DNA of 64,000 nucleotides from Mytilus californianus (Eukaryota). The stretch spans positions 129,146,001-129,210,000 of the forward strand of contig NW_026262668.1 of the NCBI RefSeq assembly GCF_021869535.1. Direction: 5' to 3'. The notes below the pieces were generated by a model. That model did no database searches. It was not told the DNA's origin and saw only the letters and a program-made list of their open reading frames with translations. Of this stretch, positions 11,531 through 25,599 are shown one piece after another (position 1 is the first letter of the stretch; every line of letters begins with the position of its first letter). The position numbers were made by a program, and so were the translations under genes.

Positions 11531-14374
11531 CTGCATGAGTTCATAGATATAAGCAGATGTGGTATGAGTGCCAATGAGACAACTCTCCATCCAAGTCAAA
11601 ATTTATAAAAGTAAACCATTATAGGTCAAAGTACGGTCTTCAACACGTAGCCTTGGCTCACACCGAACAGCAAGCTATAAAGGTTTTAAATGTGGCTCGT
11701 ATTGCTCAATCTTTAGTTTTCTTTGTAGCTTTATGTGAATTTTTATGGATATGTGTTTTGCCCATTGTTAAAGAGCGTACTACGATCTATTAATTGTTTA
11801 CATTCTCGTCTTCTTGGTATCGGTTGGATAGCTATCTCATTGACAATCATACCACATCTCCTTGTTTTCTTATTGATAGTTTTTTTTTTGTTATTGTTTT
11901 TGTCCAAGCTGTTAAGTCTGTTTTCCCGCTGGGACATGGGTACAGATGAAGCTAGTTGTACTTTGTACATTAATTTACGTCTACTAATTGACAGACACTT
12001 ATCATAGAAGTCGTAAGATATGTTTGCGTGTAATTTAAATATGATTAATTTTATACGTTGAAATCTGGTAAAAATTAAATATGAATTGAAAGTAAATAAA
12101 AAAATTATAGATGTAAAACATTTTCATATAGTTCCTTCAAATTCCTCTAAAATTGAATTTGTACCTGTATAAATCGATGAACAAGTTTTTAAGGTGTTCA
12201 ATATTTAAAATATCTGCTCTAAATATTTTTATGAGTCAGAGTTGAAATCATTAAACTTGAATGCACCGTATCAAATGCATATAATTATGAGATGTCATTT
12301 TGTAAGCTTCTTCTAAACTGTTACGCTTCGCATGCTATAGGGTAAAGATATGCTTCATGAATCATAGTCAAATCTAAAACTCAAATAACAAAAGTACTAT
12401 AACAAGCAGCTTTCGTTTCGATGAAGTTAGTATTAACTTTAAGTTTGAATTACATTTTATGAAGAGAGGAAAATATTGTTCGTATTGTAGATAAAGAAGT
12501 ACATTGCCTTCAAAGCCAATCTCAAATTAGCAAAAGATTTAAGGGGGCGGGTTTACAGAACAGTTAAGTGCGTTAACTCTTTAAAAACCAGCTTAACGTT
12601 TTAATTACATACTATTAAAAAAGAGAAATGAAGCTTCTCAATGATCAAAAGTAGCGTTTGTCAAACTGCTATATAACTAATGAAATTATTCCTGTTAATT
12701 GTGTGGTTCAAATTTCTTGAATTTTTTTAATTTTTGCCAACAAGTCAAAGTGAAAATTTTGTCAAATTTTATGAAAAGTAAACGAGCCAAATCTATTTAA
12801 TTCAAAAGTGTTTGGTACCCTTAATTTCACTGAACCATTCAGTTAAATAAGTATGAAGTATCATACAAGTAACTATTATCTTATATGGTTGTGTGGTGTG
12901 AGCATGTTTTAAACTTAAGAATGACACACCACAGGTTGATTTTTAATCAAAATTCATGACAGTTGTATTTAAAATCCTGTAAATATATTCTTAGTGTTCA
13001 TTCGGAAGCAACGCATATAACTGCTTTATGCAGTATATTGTGAAAGCTATGGCTAAGTGTTACAACTGATAAAAAATACCCAGAAAAAGTTTGGTTAATA
13101 ATTTCACTGCTAGATAACGACTTTCTGCAAGTTATTATCTGGTGCAAAGAAACCTTGATGGTGATCCACTGTAAAGTGAAGACATAAGTAATTCTGAAAA
13201 GCCAGTGAACAAGCACATCATTAACTTAAAAAGTAAATCTGTGAACACACTCTCTTTAGATAGAAAATGTTTATATCATGTTATTTTCGGTACGATAGAG
13301 ATGCTCCAATGCTCTAGTTGTTAAATTTAAGATGACTTGCATTTTCTCCAGAATTCTATTTCCGTAATTAATCACAGTATGTTCGATGCTTTATTGCTGA
13401 AGTATGTGAACATGTTGTACTTGAGTCTGCCGCAGTATCTTGCACAGAGTTGTAACAATCGCACATATGAATGTCATTTGAGACGCTATCCTTGGTGACT
13501 CTTGCATCTTGATGACTAGCTGCCATATTGGTACATTTGAAATCAGCTACATGCTGTGAAAATGCTTGGTATTTTATTTGTATTTAAAATGTCGCTTTAG
13601 CACGCTCCTTAGTTGTCTCATGCATCAGGCTTACTATAATTTTGTTTATTTGCATTACCTAAATACTAATTTGGTTTTAGGGAATTCAAATATTTGTGCT
13701 TATTGTGAAATGTCCACTGAGCATTCCATGAACTTGATCACCTTAATATTCTGAATAGGACAAAAACTCAAATACCATATATCAACTTCATTTGTTTAAT
13801 TTTCGTAACATATATTTCGCTGCCACTGGTACATGGCCAGCACACACAAAATATTATGGAATATGTTATATAAACAACTGATGGTTTATTTCAGATTGGA
13901 TAATTTGTTTATTAAAATACTTTGTTATTTGTATATGTTTATATCTGAGAATTGTACTAGTTATTGTCCATAATGGGTGCTCTATTGGAAACGCATATTG
14001 TTAAAGGATTACGCTTGTTATCACAACAACAGTATTTCGTATCTGCAGTCTGGAGGTCAATAAATTGCGTTATGAGAAGATAAAACATTTAAAGTAACAC
14101 CCATTTAAAGAAAATGTTTCGAGTATACACAAGTAGATTTATCAATGAAGTTTGTATATCCTCTCTATATTACTTAGATATTGATCAAAGCTTTAGACCA
14201 CTTTGTTGAGGATAATGTCTCGATTATATACTTGATATACTTATCAACAAATATCTTTACTTTCACATTTAGAAAATAAACTTTTCTTCTTAACATTAGA
14301 CACAATAAATAAATTATTGTTACAAAAAAAAAAAAATAAACGATAAGGAATAATATTTACTCGACAAAAAATTT

Positions 14375-14530
14375 AATTCCTGTGATTGATTAGAGGCTCG
14401 TATCTAGCGTGTAAATTCCTGTGATTGATTAGAGGCTCGTATTAAGCATGTAAATTCCTGTGATTGATTAGAGGCTCGTATCTAGCGTGTAAATTCCTGT
14501 GATTGATTAGAGGCTCGTATCTAGCGTGTA
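14375..14530. repeat. 39-bp minisatellite, 4 units
   Basis: Unit AATTCCTGTGATTGATTAGAGGCTCGTATCTAGCGTGTA; period 39. Confidence 0.95.
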
Positions 14531-14721
14531 TAAATAATCTGACAACAGCCTAGTGAACCATTAACATTTTGACCTCAAGGATAATAAAGAAGCCGAGAAG
14601 TTTTATTATAAATCAGTAACAATTACTGTAAAGTAGGGTGTGTGTAAACATTTTTGTTTGTATGTTATTTAACGTCCAGTGAAACAAATATCGTAAACAC
14701 GTAGTCAACAATGCATGTATA

Positions 14722-15609
14722 TATTCCGAATAAAACGGTTTTGCAACAAGAGCATTCCCTTCAGCAAGGCCAGCCGCATAAAACGGATTTGAACCAAGAG
14801 CATTTCCTACAGCCAAGCCATCCGAATAACACGGATTTGCATCAAGAGCATTCCCTACAACCAGGCCAGCCGCATAAAACGGATTTGAACTAAGTGCATT
14901 CCCTACAGCCAGGCCATCCGAATAAAACGGATTTGCATCAAGAGCATTCCCTACAGCCAGGCCATCCGAATAAAACGGATTTGCATCAAGATCATTCCAT
15001 ATAGCCAGGCCATCCAAATAAAACGGATTTGCACCAAGAACATTCCCTTCAGCCAGGCCATCCGAATAAAACGGATTTGCATCAAGAGCATTCCCTACAA
15101 CCAGGCCAGCCGCATAAAACTGATTTGCATCAAGAGCATTCCCTACAACCAGGCCAGCCGCACAAAACTGATTTTAACCAAGTGCGTTCCCTACAGCCAG
15201 GCCATCCGAATAAAACGGATTTGTATCAAGAGCATTCCATACAGCCAGGCCATCCGAATTAAACGGATTTGTACAAAGAACAATACCTACAGCCAGGTCA
15301 TCCGAAGAAAACGGATTTGCACCAAGAGCATTCCCTACAACCAGGCCAGCAGCATAAAACAGATTTGAACCAAGTGCATTCCCTACAGCCAAGCCATTCG
15401 AATAAAACGGATTTGCACCAAGAACATTCCATACAGCTAGGCCATCCGAATAAAACGGATGTGCATCAAGAGCATTCCCTACAGCCAGGCCATCCAAAAA
15501 AAAAACGGATTTGCATTAAGAGCATTCCCTACAGCCAGGCCATCCGAATAAAACGGATTTGCATCAAGAATATTCCCTACAGCCAAGCCATCCGAATTAA
15601 ACGGATTTG
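14722..15609. repeat. 48-bp minisatellite, about 18 units, with long open frames on both strands
   Basis: Unit CAAGAGCATTCCCTACAGCCAGGCCATCCGAATAAAACGGATTTGCAT, read as QEHSLQPGHPNKTDLH (+) or ALDANPFYSDGLAVGN (-). Confidence 0.92.
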
Positions 15610-16399
15610 ATCCACCAATGATACTCCAAAAAGGCGACTACAAGAACTTCTCGGTCACCAGTAAAAAATCGGGGCTACAGAAGAACAGATATTGATAGAG
15701 GTTTCTCTTGTGCTAACAGCATCAGCCGAGATGAACGTTACGTTATGAGTTATCGTTCCTGACGTTATTGAACAACGTTTATAGATACCAGTCAGTGCAG
15801 CATGTTCCGTCGTGTTTCTGGCGGTTGACGACACAATACATGTAGCTGTACTTTTATCGCGAAATGATAAAATAATAAGATAACCTTTTATTGTTGGTAT
15901 AACTGTTTAATTGTAACTTTGCATAGGTGCAGAGTGCCGAGAGACTTGATGCAATACCTTGTTTGACATTGATTTCTTCGTCGTCTTCCTCCCATTCTTC
16001 TTCTCATTCTTTACATTTTATTTTTTTTAATGCTCTCTTTCTATTGATAAGTAAGCATTTGTACGACTTATCTATATAATATGTTGTTATGCACAACAGA
16101 CTGAGTTTTTCTTCTTGTTTTTTTTTATTCAATAAATTCTTATTTATGATGCACGTCATTTCCCGATGAAATTTTGTTTTGAAAGTAGAAATCCAAATTA
16201 TAGAAACACACGTCAGGATAATGTGTGAAAATACGGGGAATTGTACCACTATTAATGCAACTCCGTTAAGAAACCCATTCGTTTTAAAGTGGTCGCTAAA
16301 AAACGCCGCTAGCCGAAAATAGAAAAAGGAAATTTATTTGGAAAAGAATATGGATAGAATTAAGCGAAAAAAGCACCGTACAAGCAGATGTGGAAACAA

Positions 16400-16570
16400 A
16401 GACAGAAAATGGTTTGTCGGCATGGAATGAACAAATGAAGAATAGTTGAACTTGGTTATTTGGCCGAACAACTTTCCCTATGTTTCAAGTGTAAACCGTC
16501 TCTGAACTTTATTGTGAACTGTACAGAAGAAATCAGATATGGTTTCGGAAGCTTGTTAAAAATAGAGTGA
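16400..16570 (+). pseudogene. Mutator-like transposase N-terminal fragment
   Basis: RIVELGYLAEQLSLCFKCKPSLNFIVNCTEEIRYGFGSLLKIE* resembles the recalled GRRIVEL..L...L.C..C...L......G....L.I.C motif of invertebrate MULE transposases. Frameshifted upstream, stop downstream. Confidence 0.55.
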
Positions 16571-18242
16571 CACACCCACGTTCATTTTGATCTATAAAGA
16601 GGTTAAACTCCTAACTATCCTACTGCCTGTCGATACATTTAATTTTGGCATTGCACAAGTCATGTCCTCTTTGACTGTTCATGACGTTAAATATTAAATC
16701 CCTGGGATGTGTTTTAGTTGACCGTAGTCTCTGATGCATGATTTTTTATTATTAATTGTTTTTGGCTTTTAACTAGCTGTCAGTAACTGCGAGTACTCTC
16801 AAATCTTGTTTATTTGACCTGTTGATACTAATTGTAATGCTTTTTTGTTATTTAATGTTATTCATGGTTATATCTGGTCTATATACCAGCTTTGATAAGT
16901 GTTTGGTATTACTATAAATTTTCACTTCTTCATACTATGAACATCAAAATTATTTATTTTGTAAAAATATTTCCTTTCTCTATTTGAACTGTACACGTAT
17001 ACCTAACAACACAATTATTTTCATTTACCTGTGTTTAAAGTAATTGCAAATGGCTGATATTTTTGTTCGAGCATATTGTTTTTCTTAAATTGTTTAACAT
17101 TTCATAGCGGTATATCATGTTACTTTTATTATTCTTCCCTTAGTTTATTTATTTTGTATTTACATTGTATCATAGGTCAAATTTATTTGTTCAGTGTATG
17201 CTCACTGGTGTTAATATGTCCTTTGATTGAGTTAAGCCATTTCAGTTGATATTTTATAGTGTGTCTTTCTATGCTGTGATGTTACACTATTGTTTCAGAA
17301 AAAGGGTTAAGGTTTGGTACCATTAAAACGTTTAACCCCGCTGCAATTGTTTGCACCTGTCCTAAGTCAGGAATCTGGTGTTCAGTAGTTGTCGTTTGTT
17401 GATGTGGTTCATAAGTGTTTCTCGTTTCTCGTTTTTTATATAGATTAGACCGTTGGTTTTCCCGTTTGAATCGTTTTACACTAGTAATTTTTGGGGCCCT
17501 TTATAGCTTGCTGTTCGGTGTGAGCCAAGGCTCCGTGTTGAAGACCGTACTTTGACCTATAATGGTTTACTTTTATAAATTTTGACTGCAATGGAGAGTT
17601 GTCTCATGGCACTCATACCACATCTTCCAATACATATCAACTGCCTTGGTAGGATCTTTCTAGTTCAATCTAGTTGTTGTTACTCGAGGACATCTAATCC
17701 CCCTTCATATTATTCAAAATTATGAAATATTTAAAAAAAAACTATCCATATCTCATCCCGTAAACCAAATAATAACCCTTTTTATGATTAATTATTATCG
17801 TAAGGTCCTAAATTAACTACGCACATTTTTAACGTTGGATTTAGTAGTAAAAGGGAAAGACCCTTTGATATTCGAGGGCTATGGGAGGGGAGGAGGATTT
17901 TTTGCGGACAGGATATTCAGTCTTAACCTGTTGCTAGACCGGCTTAATATTTCACATTTGTACACAATTATTTCCTGCATTTTGTGTGGTAAAATAAACA
18001 TTTTCGTCCTGTCTTGGGCAAGATATGTTTTCAGTTCTTGGAGAGTTGTCTCATTGGCACTCATACCACATCTTCTTATATCTATTGACAGCATTGTAAT
18101 CATATAAGCGCAATCTACACAGGACCGCAACATCGGAATGAGGAGAAAGTCAACAAAGGCATTTAAAATTTGGGATGTCAACACTAAATGTGCTCTCGTT
18201 AAGACAAAATAAAATTAATTCATTCAGATCCCGTTACATATT

Positions 18243-18980
18243 TATGCCCACGCGACAAAATGTCGGTGGGCATATTAATTTACCCCTGTCCGTCCGTCTG
18301 TCCGTCCGTCCGTCCGTCCGTCCGGATTAGGATACATTGTTTGTCCGGCTATCCCCTCCTACAGTTTTGGAGGTACAACTTTAATATTTGTAGGATGTTC
18401 ATACACATAATGAAGGTGTGCATGGCCACAGGATTTTGATTTTTTTCAAATATTCTAAAAATGACAGGTAGTTGGACTTGGTCATTTTTTTGGTACTAGC
18501 TGCATAAAGAGATCATGGTTTGTCCGGCTATCTCCTCCTACAGTTTTGGAGATACAGCATTAATATTTTGTAAGATGTACAAACACATAATGGAGGTGTG
18601 CATAGCCACAGGATTTTGATTTTTTTTTCAAAAATTCTAAAAATGACAGGTAGTTGGACTAAGTCATTTGTTTGGTACAAGCTGCATAAAGAGATCATGG
18701 TTTGTCCGGCTATCTCCTCCTACAGTTTTGGAGATACAGCTTTAATATTTTGTAGGATGTTCAAACACATAATGGAGGTGTGCATGGCCACAGGATTTTG
18801 ATTTTTTTTTCAAAAATTCTGAAAATGACAGGTAGTTGGACTTAGTCATTTGTTTGGTACTATCTGCATAAAGAGATCATGGTTTGTCCGGCTATCTCCT
18901 CCTACAGTTACATCATAATACATAGTGTTAAATTTATAATTTCCTATGGTCAGGCGGGGGCATCATTTGTGTCTTACAGA
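18243..18980 (-). mobile_element. Pearl/HINE-like element with ~181-bp tandem units
   Basis: Hairpin ATGCCCAC..GTGGGCAT (18244-18273), (GTCC)n tract, units at 18339/18518/18700/18882, and inverted GCGGGGGCAT at 18954-18963. Confidence 0.72.
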
Positions 18981-21900
18981 CAGCGTAACAATTTCAAGTT
19001 GTATGCCAACATCACTGTTTGTCAAATCTAAAATATGTGGAACTATACTCATGCATAAGGCAGAGCAGAATGGAAATCAAACGATTCATTAAAAAACCGT
19101 GTCCCCACAATAAATAAATGATCGGTGCTTTGATGAAGATAAATCCAGAAAAGCGCTTCGAACGCATCAAATTGTAACGAGATATTTTCATTAACCTTTA
19201 TCATTCAAACGGTTGACTAAATCTAATTTTTGAAGCACTTTTTTCATGCATGAATGCAGTGTTGGCATCACCTTTGTCTTGTTTTTGAAAAGCTATTAGG
19301 ACGAAATAAAAATTAAATCAGTAGAATGTTATATTGAATTAATAGGAAATTTACGAAACCCGACAGGGGAAATGAAAATAAAATAACAAACACCATTAAG
19401 ATCCCGTTACATATTTGTTCAATACGTTTTTCGGTATTTAGTAACGTCACACGTTTTCTGTCAAATTATAAGCGTATCTGTCAATTTTGAAGAAATTTAT
19501 CTAAAAAACAAGGATGGTGACATATGTGTTTCTATACATGCATGGATTCATTATACAATCCTGGACATTATGTTAGTTGATAGTCATTCTCCGTATATAA
19601 GAACATATAGCCACCCATTGAAAAATCTTTAAAAAATGATTTAAAAAAGTTATTTTCCCTTTTTATCAATATAAATTTGTCGCCAAGACCACTATTTTTT
19701 ATTTCATATTCCGATGTTACTGGAATCATAGTACAAGTGTGCCATTTTTTTTAGAAATCGGGAGATATGCCATTTGGTATCGTGTTACCTTAAATCAGAA
19801 TAGATTGACATGATTCATTTTACATCATCATAATCATACTGATAAAGGATATCTGTTATCCGAAATATTTATAGATACTTATATTAATTTTTATTGTTTC
19901 CTTTTTTTAAATATTGGTGTTGTTTTGTTCACTTTTTCAGGAGTATATATAATTTATTTATTGTGTACAGAATCGTTTCTTATAACGATCCAGCGCCCTA
20001 GTAAGAAAGATCTTCGGCTAATTTCTAGACGTTTTATGATATGAAATATATATTTATATCAATTTGTAATCTGAAACATTGGCAAAATATATGACATGAA
20101 CTTGATATTGAGGATAATATCGAAACTAGAAGGTTTTCTTCAGATAACTTTATTATCACTAACACATTAACAATAAATGGTTATGGCAACAAAATACAGA
20201 CAAACTACAATAACATATGTATGAAGGAGTGACAGTGGATAAGTATGAGAGAAGTATAAAAAAAATATTCTCTTCAATATTGAAACTGATGGACGACTTG
20301 ACAGTCAGGATTCTACTTCGACAAAATTATCTCCCCATTACGCCAGCTAAATTTTACAATCGTAAAAATGGAAGCCATTGTAGGGATGACGCGCTGCCAA
20401 TTTAGCTCTTGAAAACCGATAAATTTATCCACGTAGCACCATTACGATCCTTTTATGCCAGTTGTATTTTAAAAGACAAATGTATATACTAGCTGTTGAG
20501 TATCATTTAATGTACTTTTCTGCATTTAGTCAACTTATAACTATTGTCTGATCGGTTGTCGGGTGGAATTTTCGGAAGTTCAAAAACATTTAAAAAAATT
20601 TTAATCAAATATTTCGTGGAAGGGCAGACTAAAAATTGTCAGAGGTATGAAGAATAATAACCCAAGATAACACACACAAAAAATTAAGTTTCTGTGAAGT
20701 TATGCATTTTTAAGATCCACTTGGAAAGTCTGTCGTCAAGTACTTTTAGTAAAAATTTGTTATTCGAACACACCTACTCTGTTGTTATGACTCATAAGAA
20801 AGGTATTTCACTTGACCCATATATCTCATTTTTTAGTACTGTTAATTTTTAATGTTATTTAATCAACATGTAGCTTAAATATATAAAAAATAATAGAATC
20901 TAAAGCGAGACGATGTATCAAATATTTTGACTTTATACGTTTTCAAAATAGAAGTCAACTCAAACACGCCCGAATTTGAAAAGGTGCACTCGACTTTCTT
21001 TTTTCGATGAAATGATTGCCCATTTTAAGGATTTTTTTTTGCAAAAAACTGTCGCCGGGTGCAGAGATGCAAATTAATGCTTTAACAAGATCTACTCGGT
21101 CAAGTAAGAGCAACTTAAACAAGTAAAATCAAGCTTACAAACGGTACAATTTTGGGGGGAATTTACTATTACATGTTTTCTATAGATGACAAAACCATCG
21201 GAAAACAGCAAACCTTTCCCCTAAATTGCACCGATTATATGTTTAATTTTACTTCTTTTGGTTGCTCTTACTTGACTGAGTACCAGTCACTACGTAACAC
21301 TACATTCATTATGAGTTGGCTTATGAGATACATATTTTCTAAAATATTCACATTTAAATTAATATATCATTTACTTAATTTGTTTTTGAACAATTAACAA
21401 TAATCATTTACACAAATACACTCAAGTGATAAATTAAAGTAAAACAAATTATGTAGATAACAATTATTATAATTTAAACAAAAATTTTCACATGACTTTA
21501 AAAGTAGTAAAATTAAAGAGTTTCTGAAAACTGAAAAAATAATATCTCACAGGAAACATAATAACATTAACGGTACCTATTTTATTGCACCAGATGTAAC
21601 TTTCGTCTTAAAGGAATAGGTTGAATTTTGTGACAATTCATTTTTTCAACTAATTTCTGTTTATTGGCTCAGTAAGCACATCTTTTTAATATAATTAGAA
21701 CATTCAGAAAATAAAATCCATCTAAGGTCATTATCAAGAGTCCCAAGAAGAAAGTGTTTTGCAGATTCCACACAATTGTTCCTGTTTCGATGGCAAGCGG
21801 CAATGATCCGGCGTGGAACAGACTTATTACGCATCTATGTCGTCCGGGTATTAAAATTGAGATAAACTGTTCAATATTTGGTTCCTATTTCAATTGTCTA

Positions 21901-22880
21901 TAAGTTCGTTAATCATACCAATTTGTTTTCGTGGATAGATTCAACATGAGATATTGTGAGATCGCACAAGCTTTTGAATTTGTTCATGTCCAAAATAAAA
22001 CGTGTTGAAAAATAATAAAAGTAAGATTTTTGCATTTTAAAGAAACGTTTCAAGTAAAAAAATGAGCGTACAATTATCCATGGATTAACTATTTCACTTT
22101 TGTTTACTTGTTTTATTTTTTTATTCGATGTAGACAATACAAAAAAAAAGGATAAGCAGCTTTCCACTAGTAAACTGAACCTGTCCAAATCCATGATTCT
22201 TGTCAGTAAAAGTCTTCAGTTATATCATAGCGTTTTTTCTTCCTTTAGAGAATTTAATGATGGTGTTTTTGAATTTTTGATTGATCTTATTGGATTGTGG
22301 ATATACACTTTCAATTAACAAAAAACGAATGAGTCGGCTATAAAAATAAAATAATAACTGGCTATTAAAGTTCTGCTAACTTGCTATATACTTATATTTC
22401 AGTCGTTGTAAGAATCAGGCAATGTAGAAAAATTTCAAAACATGGCTGAAAAAAAACCCGCCGATCTAGCCATGCTATTTTGAAGAAACCCTCATCCTGA
22501 GCTAGATTTTCAATTCTGCGCGTCTGATGATTCGAGAAATATCTAGATAACGTTTGGTGATAATGATAGCTCCTCTCAAATGTTAATTTCTAGTGCATTT
22601 TAACCAATTTTTATCTTGAAATACCAGAACAGGAAAAGGAAACGAATGTTATATTCGTGCACCATTTTACGTTTAAAACTTAAATTAATGTAAACTCGAT
22701 CGGGTTTTTGTTTGTAATGTTTTCACCACTTTCGGATTCTTAGGCAGAGTGGCACTTGGTGAAATGAACATTAATGTGTTTACGGAGAAAAAAAAATAAC
22801 TTACTTAATTTGTCTGAAGCGCTTTTGTTGGATTTATTTTCAACAGGAACGCTCATACTCAAAACAGTTAATGCCAATTA

Positions 22881-23390
22881 TACACTCTACCTAAACACAC
22901 GAATAGATAATACACTCTACATAAACACATGAATAGATAATACACTCTACATAAACACATGAATAGATAATACACTCTACATAAACACATGAATAGATAA
23001 TACACTCTACATAAACACATGAATAGATAATACACTCTACATAAACACATGAATAGATAATACACTCTACCTAAACATATGAATAGATAATACACTCTAC
23101 ATAAACACATGAATAGATAATACACTCTACATAAACACATGAATAGATAATACACTCTACATAAACACATGAATAGATAATACACTCTACATAAACACAT
23201 GAATAGATAATACACTCTACCTAAACATATGAATAGATAATACACTCTACCTAAACACATGAATAGATAATACACTCTACATAAACACATGAATAGATAA
23301 TACACTCTACCTAAACATATGAATAGATAATACACTCTACATAAACACATGAATAGATAATACACTCTACCTAAACACATCAATAGATAA
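22881..23390. repeat. 30-bp minisatellite, 17 units
   Basis: Unit TACACTCTACATAAACACATGAATAGATAA; very homogeneous. Confidence 0.97.
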
Positions 23391-25217
23391 TTTACCAAAA
23401 AGGGGCACTATAGAATAACCAAAATCTATTTAAAGTCAACTATGATCAGGGAGTTGCCTATTAGTAGTTTTATTAACTTAAACTAGCAGTTCTGGAGAAG
23501 TATACATCGTCATTTGATTTTTGATTTTTATTTGGTATCGCATAAGATCATGGTAGAGTAAATGTGCTGCCGAGAAATCCAGATAATAGCTTTTATAATA
23601 AGGAGAAGATGTGGTATAATTGCCAATGAGACAACACTCCACCAGAGACCAAATGACATAGAAGTTAACAAGAATAGAATTTTGAAGATAACTGAAGCCA
23701 AAAACTAGTGAGAATATATTAGATATTGCTAAAACCTAATAATGGACACTTCCCTTCATCATTTGAACAATGGCAATTAATAATTTACCATTCCTACATT
23801 GTTGCTATAGGAACGGAAATATGGGACAGAATTCGGATTTAGAAAATGTCAAAATACAACATAATTTTAATATCCTTCAAATATAATCTACATCTATTAG
23901 TGGAATACTGCATGTATTTTAGCATTTTTGGGGGACATTTTCACTGTTTTTTTCCTTCATTCAATAAACAAAAAAAGGCAACCCAATCATTTCAATGAAT
24001 CTTTCATCAAAGCATTGTGATCAATTCATCTACAGCTTTCTTCATAAGACATATTGACAGAAAAAAAATACGAAATAACTTATAATCTTGATTGATATAG
24101 ACCTTGGTATCCAAGGTAACGTCCGTTTAGAGGTAGGAAGTCATGGTCTCAAAATTGCCATAGGCTGTAAAATTGGCTTACCTGCTGAATTCGGGTCATA
24201 TTTCTATTGAAAAATAATTGAATTAAGACTCAACCTTAAACATATACTAGGCTAACACCATACTTATGGCCTTTGATGCAAAATTTCTTATGAAATCTTA
24301 GCACAATTATTAAAGTTTTGAAACGTAAAATATATAGATATAAAAAAAAATAGAGATGAGGTATGATTGCCAATGAGACAACTATCCAACCAAAGTTCAA
24401 ATAAAGTGGATGTAAGCAATTATAGGCAACCGTACGGCCTTCAACAATGAGAAAAAACCCATACCGTATAGTCGGCTATTAAAGGCCCCGACATGAAAAA
24501 TATGAAATGTATGTCGCAGCCAGCTTTAGATGCATTGTAATAAACATTCCTCTCGATGCATCATACATAGACATCTCGTTCAAAAGCTACTTGAAGCAGA
24601 AATGGACCTAAAACTTTCTTCCTAAATACATCATTCAAGCCGAAAACTTAAGAATCAGCCAGCATCACAGTCATGCATTGTACTAAGTATCCCTGGATGC
24701 ATCATGTATGATACTATTGCTGACATGACACGTGCTAGTAATCAGAAATTGACTTTAACCATTTTAAAAGAAATTATTCAAGCTGAAAATAGATGCATCA
24801 TTAATGCCGATAACGTTAACGGGGGGCTTGCATGTTAGAGGGTAATATATATCATTCTTTATATTAAGCATGAGGTGGATGAATCAAGCCTTTTTGCAAC
24901 AGAGTTTGTTTGTTACAATGTTGTTTTGTAACACCACTGTCCCAGGTAAAATCCAGCAAATACGTTTAACCTCGCTACATATATATATATATATATACTT
25001 TATGTACCTGTCCCAAGTCAGGAGCCTGTTATTTTAGTGGTTGTCGCTTGTTACTGAATTTCATATTTGTTTTTCGTTTATTGTTTTGTATATACATTTG
25101 GCCATTGGTTTATCTCGTCTGAATTGTTTTACTCTGCTCATTTTGGTGCCCATTTTTTGGTGTATAGCTCTTCACCTTTTTCATAAGCTTTGGATTTTCA
25201 AATATTTTGGCCTCGAG

Positions 25218-25259
25218 CATCACTAAAGAGACATTGATTGTCGAAATGCACATCTGGTG
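25218..25259 (+). ncRNA. Minimal type I hammerhead motif, family B, one core substitution
   Basis: CATCA-CTAAAGA-GACA-TTGAT-TGTC-GAAA-TGCACA-TC-TGGTG. Stems I and II pair fully; core is CTAAAGA instead of CTGAAGA. Confidence 0.7.
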
Positions 25260-25599
25260 CAGCAAAATTGGTACCGTTTATGTTATTATAGCTTACTTTG
25301 CGGTGTGAGCCTAGACTCCACGTTGAAGGCCGTACCGTGACCCTATAATTGAAAGACATTTGGTTTTGGATGGAGAGTTGTCACATCTTTTTATTTTCAT
25401 ATTCTCAACCAAAGCATTCTAGCGAAAAATATAAGTCAAAGCCGTATGCATTGTAGTTAGCATCCCTACTATGCAGATGCATCATGCATACCAAAATAAT
25501 TGATGTTGGACTTAACTGTAAGCAGAAATTTGCCTAAATCTTTCTTTTTTACCAAATCATTCAAGTTGAAAATATATAAATTTATTGCAGGCGAGACAA

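Noticed and set aside
12539-12824. Kolobok-like MITE between TTAA sites
   Set aside because: The right end looks like a TIR end but the left end does not match it, so the boundaries are unsupported.
22868-23398. 176-aa Cys/Tyr-rich ORF
   Set aside because: It is a translation of the 30-bp minisatellite; an open frame is expected when the unit length is a multiple of three.
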